From Candidatus Saccharimonadota bacterium (lineage in GTDB: Bacteria > Bacillota_I > Bacilli_A > Mycoplasmatales > Hepatoplasmataceae), in assembly GCA_027925225.1 (NCBI GenBank), contig AP027131.1, positions 540,001 through 572,000 on the forward strand: a stretch of 32,000 bases of DNA. The letters are read 5' to 3'. The translations under genes were made by a program, and so were the position numbers. Of this stretch, positions 17,921 through 29,233 are shown piece by piece. Every line of letters begins with the position of its first letter. Position 1 is the stretch's first letter. The notes below the pieces were generated by a model, which worked only from the letters and a program-made list of their open reading frames with translations, was not told where the DNA came from and did not search any database.

Positions 17921-19130
17921 CCTCCATATCAGCAAAATCTTCTAAATCATAATTCTCTAAATTAAAATCTGCATTTTCTCTTTTTTTAACATTTTTTAAT
18001 TTTGATTCATAATTTTTTCAAGAAACATTTTCTTTTAAAGCATCTTCAACAGTTTTAATCTCAATTCTAGCATCTACAAGATTAGAAATTAATTTTGCAT
18101 TTAAACCTCTTTTTCCAAGTGCTGATAAAAAAACATCTTTTTTAACAATTAAAGTATATTCTTTTTTTCCTTCTGGATTTTCTCTTATTGCAATACCTTC
18201 AAGTTTTGATGGAAGAATTGCTTGAGCAAGGATATCTTCAACATTATCTGAATTTTTTATTACATCAATTCTTTCGCCTCTAAGTTCATCAATAATTGGT
18301 TTTATTCTTTTTCCTTTTAATCCAATTATTGATCCAATTGCGTCGACTTCAGAAACTCTAGAACTAACAACTATTTTTGTTTTTACACCAGGTATTCTAA
18401 CAATTTTATCAATAGTAATAATTTTATCTTCAATATCTTCTATTTCTTGTTCTAATAACTTTAAAACAAATTCTTTTTTAATTCTAGATGCAATAATTTG
18501 AGCATCTTTAGAATTTTTAGTTACATCAACAATAAATACTTTTATTAATTGTCCAACTCTAAATTTATCTAATTCTGAAAGCTCTGATTTTGGAACAAAA
18601 ATTGCAGTACCAAAGTGATCTAAAATTAAATAATTATCCTGAATTTTTGAAACTTTAGCGGAAAGTATTTGATTTTTTTTATCTTTAAATTGTTCAAAAA
18701 TTTTAAGTTTTTCTACTTCTCTAGTTTTTTGAATTAAAAGTTGTTTTATATATTGTGCTTTTCCAATACTAAGATCTTTTAAATTTATTTTTTCAATAAA
18801 CTCATCTGATACTTTTAAATTCATATCTTTAATTCTTTCGTCATTTAAAGAAATTTTTATAAATTGATCTTTTTTGTCTTCAAGTTTATCTACAACTTCA
18901 TATTTTCTTTCAATATCTATTTTTCCATTTTCTAAATCAATTTCAACTGAAACATTTGCAGGTTCATAAATAACTGATTTTTTATCTCAATCTAGAAAAA
19001 TACTATCTCTTTCGAAAGCTTTTTTAAATATTTCAATTAAATCTTGTTTTAAAGTTTCTTTTGAAACATTATTTTTTTCAAGTATTAATTTTATTGCATT
19101 TAAAAAATTAATTGGATTTTCAATATTCAT
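17907..19130 (-). CDS. nusA: Transcription termination/antitermination factor NusA
   Basis: ORF 18018..18824 extends upstream to ATG 19130 (MNIENPINFLNAIKLILEKNNVSKETLKQDLIEIFKKAF...; AGGAAAGGAG Shine-Dalgarno). It extends downstream through TGA at 18018 to TAA at 17907..17909. S1 and KH regions are present (GTAIFVPKSE, GSIIGLKGKRIKPI, LGKRGLNAKLIS). Confidence 0.93.
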
Positions 19131-19171
19131 AATTACTCCTTTCCTTACTTTATAAACTTTGATTTATAAAC

Positions 19172-19199
19172 AATTAAGAGAGCGTGAGCCCTCTTAATT
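19172..19199 (-). promoter_or_regulatory. GC-containing hairpin in the nusA 5' leader (candidate attenuator) or polC terminator
   Basis: Stem AATTAAGAG/CTCTTAATT (19172..19180 / 19191..19199), plus 2 further GC pairs after an A-C mismatch. The sequence ...gagagcgtgagccctc... stands out in very AT-rich DNA. On the minus strand it is followed by GUUUAUAAAU. Confidence 0.45.
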
Positions 19200-19226
19200 A
19201 AGCAAGATATACATATTTATGTCTAA

Positions 19227-19234
19227 ATTATACA
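19227..19234 (-). promoter_or_regulatory. Candidate -10 element (TGTATAAT) for the nusA-ylxR-infB-rbfA operon
   Basis: Plus strand ATTATACA at 19227..19234, which reads TGTATAAT on the minus strand. It is about 30 nt after the polC stop and upstream of the 19172..19199 hairpin. Confidence 0.35.
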
Positions 19235-19263
19235 ATAATTTCTTATATTTTTTTTAATTTTAT

Positions 19264-22200
19264 TTAGTTATCAAAAAGAAATAATTGTCCCCCATTGTTT
19301 TTTATGTTAATATTTTTTAAATTTTTTAAAAGTCCTAATTCATTAAATTGTGTAAGCAATGTCTTATTAAGTCCTGAATAAATTTTAAAGCTTTCATAAG
19401 TTTTTAAAAGGCCTTTTTCTCTTGAAGAAATAAGTTTTTCAATAACAGCCTTACCTATTCCTTCTAATATTGAGAACGGAGGAATAAGTGATTTATTTTC
19501 TTTATCTATAATTCATTTTTCACCCATTGATTTTTCAAGCGAAAGTTTAGAAATACTAAATCCTCTAGAATACATTTCAAGCACAATTGAATATGTTTCA
19601 CTTATTTCTTTTTCTTTATCCGAAGTTTTTTCTTTGGTTGCTTTTTTTACATATTGTTTAAAATCTAAAATTCCTTTTAATCCATTATTTAAAGATTTTA
19701 TATCAAATGTTGTATCTCTTTTTGTAAAAAAAGTTGCATAGTATTCCAATGGATAATAAATTTTATATCATGCAATTCTATAAGCCATTAAAACATAAGC
19801 GGCCGCATGAGCTTTAGGAAAGATATATTTTATTTTATTTGCTGAATCTAAATATCAAGAAGGTATTTTATGTTTTTTCATAAGGTCTTCTCATTCGGGT
19901 TTTAAACCATTACCCTTTCTTACTGATTCCATAATTTGAAATGAAATAAATTCATTAATTCCTTTTGAAATAAGATAAGTCATAATATCATCTCTTACTG
20001 AAATAATTTCATCAAAACGAGCAATCTCATTTTCCATTAATTCTTTTGCATTTCCGGTTCAAACATCAGTACCATGAGAAAGTCCAGAAATTTTTACTAA
20101 TTCTGAAAATTTTGTAGGTTTTACAACACGCACTAGATCACGAACAAATTTTGTCCCAAATTCAGAAATGCCTAATATCCCTAATGTTTTTTCTTCTTCT
20201 TTTACATAATTTTCAATATATTTTAATGCACTTGTATTTCTAAAAAGAGAAATAACTTTTTTATCATTTTTAGGTATTTCTAAAGGATCAATTCCAGTAA
20301 GCTCTTGAAGCATCTTAATTGAAGAAGGATCTAAATGACCAAGAAAATCTAATTTTAAAAGATTATCGTGAATTGAATGAAAATCAAAATGTGTTGTAAG
20401 TCAATCAGAGTTCAAATCATTGCCTGGAAAATTTATTGGTGTAAAATCATAAATATTTTTATCATCCGGTAATACAATGAGACCTCCAGGATGTTGTCCG
20501 GTTGTTCTTTTTGTACCCTTGACTTTTTCTGAAAGATAAGTTAATTTTGCTCTTGAAAGATTTAAATTATTTAATTCTTCTCAATTTTTAACATAACCAA
20601 ATGCTGTTCTTTGAGCGACAGTTGAAATTGTACCCGCTCTAAAAACATTATTTTCCCCCATAATGCTTTTAATAAAATTGTGGGCAATACTTTGGTATTC
20701 TCTTGAAAAATTTAAATCAATGTCAGGAATTTTTTTTCCTTCAAATCCTAAAAACGTTTCAAAAGGAATTAATTGTCCTTCTCCCTGCATATCTTCTCCA
20801 CATTTTGGACAAATTTTATTATCTAAATCATAACCAGATGAAACATTATCAATAAATTCATGATATTTACACTTTTTACACAAATAATGTGGTTTCAGAG
20901 GATTTACTTCAGTAATTTCAGCCAAAGTCGCAATAAGAGAGGAACCAACAGAACCCCTTGAACCAACAAGGTAACCATCATCTATAGATTTTTTAACTGC
21001 AAGAGAAGAAATATAATAAATAATTGCATAACCATTTTTTATAATTGCATCTAATTCTTTGTTAAATCTTTCAATTATTTCAGGATGTGGATTATCGCCA
21101 TAAGTTTTTCTTAGATTTTCCTTTACAAGCTTTATTAAAGATTCTTCTGCTCCTTTTAATTTTGGTGTAAAAAGACCTGATTTAAGCGGAATTATGTTTT
21201 CTTCAATTATCGAGGAAATTTTATTAGGGTTTTTAAAAATTATTTTTTCTAATAAATTTTCATCTTCAATAAATTCTTTAAATTCTTTATAAATTTCATT
21301 TGAATCCCTTAAATATTGATAAGGCGAATTTAATTTTACTCCCCTTTTAAAAAGTGGATGAAGTTTTCCGCCAAGTCCTTTGTTTGAAATATAAACATCT
21401 CTTATTTCATGATCTTCTTTATTTACATAGTGTGCATCTGAAGTGATTACAACTCTTTTATTAAATTCATTTGATTTTATAATTATTTCTTTTAAAATCA
21501 TTTGAATCTCAGCAAGAGAATAAAATTTATTATTTATTAAATTTTGATAAACGCTTGGTGGAAATATTTCAATATAATCATAATAAGAAAATATTTTTTC
21601 TAAATTATTACTTTGGTTATTTAATTCTTCTCATAATTTTCCATTTGCACACGAAGAACCTATTAATAAATTTTTTCTCTCTTTTAAAAGAATTGATAAC
21701 GGAAGTAATGGTAAGTCTTTTTTCTTATTAAAATAATCAATATGTGCAATTGATATTAATCTATATAAGTCTTTTATTCCATCTTGATTTTTTGCAAGCA
21801 CTGTAAAATGATTTGTAAAAATTTTAGAAAAAATATTGCTATTATATTTATTTAAATCTTTTAAATTTCTAATATCCTTTTCAAATAATTTATAAAGCAT
21901 ATTCTCAAAAGTCTTTTGTAAAATCATTGCATCATAATCTGCTCTATGAGAAATATTTTCATCATAAAATTGACCTTCATTTTTTACTACAGTACCCAAT
22001 CTATGATTCTTCAAATTTGGATTTACAAGTCAAGAAATTTTTAAAGTATCTATTACTGGATTTTTTAATTCACCAAGTCCGTTTTTTTTATAAACATAAT
22101 TTAAAAAACTATAATCAAATTTAGCATTATGAGCAACTAAAATTGCATCTCCAATTCATTCTTTTATTTCATTTATTACTTCTTCTATTGGCTTTGCATT

Positions 22201-23538
22201 TTTTAAATGTTCATTTGTAATATGAGTTAATTCACTAATATGCTTAGGAAGAGATTTATTTGGCTTTATAAACAATTGTTTTCTTTCTATTATTTCGCCA
22301 TTTATTTGTTTTACTGCTCCAAATTCGATAATTTCATTTACAAAAGGAGAAATGCCAGTTGTTTCTAAATCAAAAAAAACATATTCACATTTTAATAAAT
22401 CTGCATCTCTTTCATTTAAAACAATTGGGTTATTTAAGTCGTCAAATATATCAAACTCTACACCATAAATTGCTTTAATTTCAGGATATTTTTTTGATGA
22501 AGAAAAAACTTCTGGAAAAGCTTGTACTGAATTATGGTCAACAAATGCTAAAGATTTTATGTTTACTTCATTTGCTTTTTTAAAATAATCTTCTACATCA
22601 CCTATTCCATCCATTACTGACATTTTTGAATGTATATGTAATTCTGTTCTTGTTTTTTCAAAAGTTTTGCTTTTTTTATTTTGTTTACTTTGAATTTTCT
22701 CAATTCTTTCAATTTGTAAATTAAATTCATTTCTATATTTATTTAATTCTCAACTTCCATATACTCTTACATAATCATTTTTAGTAAGTTTATTTTCTAA
22801 ATTATCTTTATATTCTTTTCTTGCAATAATGTAATCATCACCGTTTTTTAAAAAAAATGAAACATTGTATTTGTTGTCTCTTCTTTTGAAGGATTCTTTT
22901 TCAAAAATTAATCCTTCAAAATAAACTTTTCTTTGAGTGGATTCTTTTTCAAAATTTATTTTTTTATAATTTTTATCTATATTCGCAGATGAAGCAAATT
23001 GATTTTTTTGAATTAATTCTTTATATTTATTTCTATCATTATCAATAAATACATTTTTTTTAAATTTTGAACCATCATGAATTAATTTAAATTTTTTATT
23101 TAAAAATTTTAAATTAAAAAATAATTTATTTAAATTATCATAATTTTCTAAAATAAATTCATAAGTTACTGAATTAGAAATAAAAAGAATTAATTCTTCT
23201 TTTTCAAATTTAAAATAAAAATTTGAAGGATTTATTTTAAAAGAAATTAATTTTAAAAAAGTAATTAAATATTCATATAATTCATAATTCTTAAAATCAC
23301 TTTTCTTATTTAAATTAAAATAAATATTGTAAATATCATCGTTTTTAAATTCATTGTGATTTTTAATAGCTTCCAAAAATAAAAATAATTCTTTTGCTGA
23401 TAAATTATCTTCTAGGCTAAAAAATAAATCTTTTTTAAAATTATCTTGATAAAAAATTGCTTTTTCAAAATTAATTTTTTCTTTTAATTTTTGTTTTAAA
23501 TTTAAACTTTTAATAAAAGTATTTTCTGATTCGCTCAT
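19264..23538 (-). CDS. polC: DNA polymerase III PolC-type (1424 aa)
   Basis: Six ORF-track fragments (22750..23538, 22156..22623, 21631..22014, 20581..21501, 20059..20313, 19513..19749) all lie in one frame and are separated only by TGA. The PHP domain ([13 protein letters not shown]), the exonuclease motif [13 protein letters not shown] and the polymerase core ([28 protein letters not shown]) are present. Stop TAA at 19264..19266. Confidence 0.97.
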
Positions 23539-23547
23539 ATCAATTCA

Positions 23548-24855
23548 CTAAATTATAATCCCTAAAATAAAAAGTATAAGAATTAACATTCAACCGACTC
23601 ACATTGTACGAGAGGTTGCTTTTTTACTAATTTTTTTCTTCTTAACACCTTCATAGGAATATTCATATGCTCTTCAACCATCAAGAGGAGGGATTGGAAG
23701 CATATTAAATATAATCATTAAACTAGAAAATATTACTGTAATTCTAAAAAAGAATATAACAAGTGAAGAAAATACTGCAGTTTGTGCCAAATTGTTTGTT
23801 GTTGGATGATAACCCAAATTTACAGTTCCTAAAGTTATAAAACTAATTAATCAAATAATTGACAATCAAAATACTTTAAAAGTATCTATAAATGAATATT
23901 TTAATAATTGTCAACCCGATAAAGCTATTGATTGTTCATATTCTACATAATAAGGATAATCATTATTAAAGCCCGCTAAGGCATAAACCGGATTGCCAGA
24001 AACATGATCTATACCATATGGAAGAATTAAATAACCATTATTCTCATCTCCGCTTATTAATACAGTACGATTAGCAGATAAAGAAATTTCTTTTAAAAAG
24101 AAATCATCAAATGTTATAAAATATGCATCTTTATCATAGTAAAATTTATCATCATCATAGTTATAAACATCAACTTGAATATCTAAAACCGCATAACCAA
24201 CTTCTGATGAATCATCATTTGGAAGACTATATACTATATTATCATTTTCTTCCGGATCTCTTAAAAAGGAAGACATATCATCATAACCAGAGATTTCTTC
24301 AAAATTAAAATTACCTACTTGAGTTATATTATCAAATAAATAAAAATTATCTGCTGAATCAGTAGATTCATTATAAAATTTCATAAATATTTGATCTGTA
24401 GAAAATCCTTTTCCGACATAAGCATATCCAACAAGTAATATTATAAAAATAGAAACAAAATTAAAAATAACTCCAGCTGTTGCAAAAAAAACTTTTTTTG
24501 AAGTCTTCAATTTATCAATTGTTTTTTGCTTTGAAAAATCTTCATTTAATTTTATACCACCAGTTTTTTTTTCTATCATTTTTTCTTCAAGAGGCGAAGG
24601 ATTTTTTTCTCTAATTTTTTCTAATTCCTTTACAACATCATCCGAAAGAACAGAAACATAGCCACCAAAGGGTAATCATCTAAAAGAATATGTTGTAGTT
24701 CCTCTTTTTATTTGAAAGATTGCTGGACCAAATCCAATTGAAAATTCTGCAACTCTAACACCGTTCTTTTTAGCAACTAAAAAATGTCCGGTTTCATGAA
24801 TTAATGTAATTAGCTCAACGACTATTAAAATTATTAATAAATATAAAAAAAACAT
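23548..24855 (-). CDS. rseP: RIP metalloprotease RseP/RasP (M50 site-2 protease)
   Basis: ATG at 24855: MFFLYLLIILIVVELITLIHETGHFLVAKKNGVRVAEFSIGFGP (HExxH). It is in frame with 23911..24579 and continues through several TGA codons to TAG at 23548..23550. C-terminal NMLPIPPLDGWRAY motif. Canonical position between cdsA and polC. Confidence 0.85.
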
Positions 24856-24875
24856 ATTAAGAGAATTATATAAAA

Positions 24876-25961
24876 CTAAATCATAAATATTAGTATTAAA
24901 GATAAATTAAAAATTGAGAGAGCAAAAATATGAGAATCAATTCTATCAAATAAACCACCATGTTCTGGAATTATTTCTGAAAAGTTTTTCTTATTATAAT
25001 TCCTCTTAATTTTTGAAAAAGTTAAATCTCCAAATTGACTTATGATAGGAGTTATTATAATAAGAAAAACAATTGGAAGAACATATTTTGCATCTTTAAT
25101 ATTAATAATCCCTTGTGAAAGTGCTGTTGTTTGTGTTGGAAAAATTACAGCAAAATATCAAATAATACCAATTAAAAAACCAGAGATAAAACCAATTACA
25201 AATCCTTCAATTGTTTTATTTGGAGAAATATTTTCTGCTAATTTTCTTTTTCCATATTTTTTTCCACCAACAAATGCAAAAGTATCAGTAGCAGCAGTTA
25301 TCAAAATAACAAGTAAAATAAAAGATCAATTAAAAATTGCAAGAATTGAAATTATTGAAATTAAAAATAAAATAAATAATAAAATAACAAAAAGTAAAAC
25401 AAATACATCAGTAATTTTTACATCCATAAAAGATGTAATTAAAATTAATGCAAGTAAACATATAATCATATAAAAGAAAATTTCAAAAATAACTTTTACT
25501 TCATTTGTTATGCTGGGGAAAAGTTCACTGTTTGTTTTATAAAAATTAGGATCAAAATATTTATAAAATGTAACTCCTATTGTAATAAAGAAAGAGCCAA
25601 AAACAATTATTATAAATAAAAATAATAGATAAAAATTAAAATCATTTTCATTTTTAGAAAAAATAAAATTTGTTATTTCATATGACCCATAAATAAAAAG
25701 TAATGACAAAATTGACAAAAAGAAATAATTATATGAATTTTCATAAAATGTAGGATTTAATCCCGCCGGAATAATAAATGCCAAAACTATTAATAATACT
25801 ATAAGTCCAATTATATGTTTAAAATATGATGGATGCTCTTTCTTATGAGGAATATTATTAGATGATTCTTTTCCGATTGCTTGTTTAAAATATGAATTAA
25901 AATATGATGGATGCTCTTTCTTGTTTTTTTTGTTAGAACTCACATCAATAATTTTATTCAT
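24876..25961 (-). CDS. cdsA: Phosphatidate cytidylyltransferase (CDP-diglyceride synthase)
   Basis: ORF 25326..25961 continues through TGA to TAG at 24876..24878. The C-terminal part reads ...DTFAFVGGKKYGKRKL..SPNKTIEGF....SQFGDLTFSKIKRNYNKKNFSEIIPEHGGLFDRIDS, the CdsA signature. Multi-TM. Position after frr. Confidence 0.88.
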
Positions 25962-25967
25962 AAAATA

Positions 25968-26513
25968 TTAAATATGCATTAGCTTATCGCATTTTTCCTT
26001 TAAAGTTTTTTCAATATTTGTATTTGTAGAACCGATTTTTAATTCTAACATATCTAAAACAAGATTTTTTTCATCTTCTGAATTAATCTTTTTATTTATT
26101 TTTTTAATTATTTCATGTCTTAAGTTTCTCACATGAATTTTTGCTTCTTCAGAAGTTTCTTTTGCTTTTTTTACAAAAAGAATTCTTTTCTCTTCTGTAA
26201 GCGGTGGTACGAAAACTCTTATTTTTTCGCCTTCAATATTAAGCGAAAGATCTATCCCAGAACTTGAAATTACATTTGAAATATCCTTTAATAAAGATTT
26301 ATCATAAGGATGAACTATTAAATATTTTCCTTCTTCAGACATTATATTACTTAACTGATTAAGAGGCATATTAGTACCATAATAATTTATATGAATTCCT
26401 TCTAATAAAATCGGTGATGCACCCTCTGCTCTTATTCTATTGATATTGTTTGAAAAATTTGAAAATATTTCATTTAATTTTAATTCTAAATTTTCAATTA
26501 TTTCTTCATTCAT
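25968..26513 (-). CDS. frr: Ribosome recycling factor
   Basis: Intact 181-aa ORF with an RRF pattern (…RIRAEGASPILLEGIHINYYGTNMPLNQLSNI…VFVPPLTEEKR…VRNLRHE). Confidence 0.95.
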   Translation of the reverse strand: MNEEIIENLELKLNEIFSNFSNNINRIRAEGASPILLEGIHINYYGTNMPLNQLSNIMSEEGKYLIVHPYDKSLLKDISNVISSSGIDLSLNIEGEKIRVFVPPLTEEKRILFVKKAKETSEEAKIHVRNLRHEIIKKINKKINSEDEKNLVLDMLELKIGSTNTNIEKTLKEKCDKLMHI

Positions 26514-26516
26514 TTA

Positions 26517-27242
26517 TCAGACTTCCTTAATAATTGTTTTTTTTACTACTTTATCTTCATATATATTAATTATATTATTTTTAGTATTCATATTGAATAG
26601 TATGATGTCTATATTTTTTCCTTTTAAAAGCAAAGTCATTTCATGATCTATTATTTTTAAATCTTTATTAATGACATCTTTATAACTTAATTTATCAAAA
26701 AAAACTATATTATCTTTTGATTTATTAGGATCTTCTGAATATGCACCATCTACACCATTTTTAGCCATTAAAATAACATCTGCTTTTGTTTCTATTGCGC
26801 GCATTGCAGCAGCAGTATCTGTAGATACGTAAGGTTTCCCTGTACCACCACCAAAAATTAATACTTTTTTTGCATCTAATATTTCTTTTATATTTTTAGC
26901 ATTAGCTTTTTCAATAAGATTTTCAATTTTAAAAGCACTTAAAACTTCTGTATTTAAATTATTATTATTAAAATATGCTTTAAAAGCAAGAGCATTTATT
27001 ATTGTTGCAAGCATTCCCATATAATCGGCATCTGATGTATCTTTTCCAAGTCCTATTGAATTAGAAATTTCTCCACGAAAAATATTTCCTCCTCCAACAA
27101 CAATTGAAACTTTTACATTTTTTTTCTTTACTAAATAATTTACTTGATAAAAAATACTATCAAGCATTTCTTTTGAAATAATATTATTTTCATCTGAAAT
27201 TGCTTCACCTGATAGTTTTAATAAAATATTCTTGTATCTCAT
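26517..27242 (-). CDS. pyrH: UMP kinase
   Basis: Intact 241-aa ORF with ILLKLSGEA, VVGGGNIFRG, DYMGMLATIINA, GGGTGKPYVSTDTAAA and DGAYSEDP. Confidence 0.95.
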   Translation of the reverse strand: MRYKNILLKLSGEAISDENNIISKEMLDSIFYQVNYLVKKKNVKVSIVVGGGNIFRGEISNSIGLGKDTSDADYMGMLATIINALAFKAYFNNNNLNTEVLSAFKIENLIEKANAKNIKEILDAKKVLIFGGGTGKPYVSTDTAAAMRAIETKADVILMAKNGVDGAYSEDPNKSKDNIVFFDKLSYKDVINKDLKIIDHEMTLLLKGKNIDIILFNMNTKNNIINIYEDKVVKKTIIKEV

Positions 27243-27264
27243 TTCTTTTTTAAAGCTCCAAAAA

Positions 27265-28134
27265 TTAAGAATTTGCTTGTTTTAAAACTTCTTCTTTAAA
27301 ATTATCTATTCTTTTTTCAATTCCGCTTCCAACTTCAAATCTTACAAAATTTAAAATCTCTCCATTTTTTAAAAGATCTTTTATTTTAATAGACTGATCT
27401 TTTATAAAGGGTTGTTCTAAAAGTACAATTTCTGAAAGATTTTTGCTTACTTTTCCATCTATTATTTTTTTCTGAATTTCTTCTGGTTTTGAAGAAATTT
27501 TTTCCATTAACTCTTTTTTTGCGATATTATATTCACTTTCTCTTTTTTCACTAGAAATATCATTTAAAGAAAGATATTCAGGAGACATTGCTGTAATATG
27601 CATTGCAATATCTTTTAAAGTAATTTCATCTATTCCCTTTGCAACAACAATTGCACCTATTCTGTTATTTGAATGAACATAATATCCAATATTTAATGTT
27701 TTAAGATTATCAATCAAAACAAATCTTCTAAAATTTATTTTTTCTCCAATTGTAGATATTAATATTGCAACATATTCTTTAAAATCTTGATTATCTATTT
27801 TTAATTTCTCTAAATCTTCTAAATTTTTTATATTGTTATCAATTATTGTATTTAAAATTTTATCTATTGATTTATTAAAAATATTATTTTGAGCAACAAA
27901 ATCAGTTTCACTATTAACTTCAATTATTACAATTTTGTTTTTTGTTTTTTTAATTTTAATTACACCTTCAGCAGCTATTCTATCAACTTTTTTAGCAGCA
28001 TTTAAAACACCATTTTCACGTAATCAAATTATTGCTTTATCAGTATCATAATTTGTATTTTCTAAAGCTTTTTTTATATCAGAAAGCCCTGCTTTTGTGA
28101 TTTCACGTAATTTTTTAATTTTTTCAATTGACAT
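27265..28134 (-). CDS. tsf: Translation elongation factor Ts
   Basis: ORF 27265..27717 extends upstream in frame to ATG 28134 through one TGA: [42 protein letters not shown] (UBA-like N-domain), then SETDFVAQN. Confidence 0.93.
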
Positions 28135-28149
28135 TTTAATACCAAAACC

Positions 28150-29127
28150 TTAATTATTTTTTTCTGTATTTTCTTTAGTAATTATTTTTTCTTTTTCTGT
28201 AATATCAATTTTTGCTTCTTTTTTACTTTCTAAATCTTTTATTTCATTTATTTCTTTGTCTTTAGCAATATCATTAACATTTTCAAATTTATTTTTTCTA
28301 AAAAACTTATTTGTTTTAAATGTATCATCTTGACGAATATTTAAACCTAAAATTTCAAATGATTTTTCATCAGTATTAATTACAAAAGTCTTTTCATCTT
28401 TTGAGGAAGCAATTGCATCTGCTATTAAAGTTGTAATTAAAGAAACAGATTTATTTCCATCATCATTTGCAAAAATTGGAAATTTAACATCTCTTGGATT
28501 TGAATTTGTATCTGCAATACCAAATACAGGAATACCTAATTTATTTGCTTCTTTAATAACAATTTTTTCATCAACAATTGATGTTACAAAAATTGCTGCC
28601 GGAAGCTTTCTCATATATTTGATACCACCCAATGATTTTTCTAATTTTTCTAAAACTCTACTTAATTTTAAAGCTTCTTTTTTTGTATATCCTTCAAAAT
28701 TATTTTTTTCTAATCTTTCTAAATTTCTTAATTTTTTAATTGAATTTAAAATAGTCTTAAAATTCGTAAGAGTTCCACCTAATCATCTTTGATTTACAAA
28801 ATATGATCCGGTTCTTTCTGCATTTGCTTGAATTGTTTTACTTGATTGTTTATTTGTACCAACAAATAAAAATGATCCACCCATTGAACTTATTTTTTCA
28901 ACTGCATTATATGCAATTTGTAAAGATGTTAATGTTCGATTTAAATTTATAATATGAACCCTATCTTTTAAACCATGTATGAAGGGCTTCATAGCAGGAT
29001 TTCAATCTTTATTTCTATGACCAAATTGAACACCCGCCTCTAAAAGTTTATCTTTTTCGATTATTCCTTTTTTATAGAAAGATATTTGTTCTTTTCTTTC
29101 TTCTACTTTTTCAATATTTTTTATCAA
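28150..29127 (-). CDS. rpsB: 30S ribosomal protein S2 with a long K/E-rich C-terminal tail
   Basis: Fragments 28783..28992 and 28150..28632 are in frame, joined by TGA (NQRWLGGTLTN). Upstream sequence [23 protein letters not shown]. Proposed TTG start at 29127 with GAGG 8 nt upstream; the exact start is uncertain. Confidence 0.9.
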
Positions 29128-29233
29128 TATAGAACCTCGTTTTTATTACAACACACTTCAAAAAACTATAACCCAAAGGGCACGAAATAGAGAAATCCAT
29201 GTATCTACTTTCTTTATTTTTTACTTTAAGAAT

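Noticed and set aside
19264-23538. polC, and likewise topA, proS, infB, tyrS, rpsB and nrnA, looks like a pseudogene broken into many ORFs
   Set aside because: All fragments of each gene lie in a single frame and are separated only by TGA, never TAA or TAG. The TGA codons sit at conserved Trp positions, and a tRNA-Trp(UCA) is present. These are intact genes read with table 4.
25042-25473. 143-aa plus-strand ORF
   Set aside because: It is antisense to the conserved C-terminal half of cdsA. Its hydrophobic product is a mirror effect of the membrane-protein codons on the other strand.
25817-25922. 24-bp direct repeats as a mini CRISPR-like or regulatory repeat array
   Set aside because: There are only two copies, both inside the cdsA reading frame and in phase, encoding the same octapeptide. 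This is an in-frame coding duplication.
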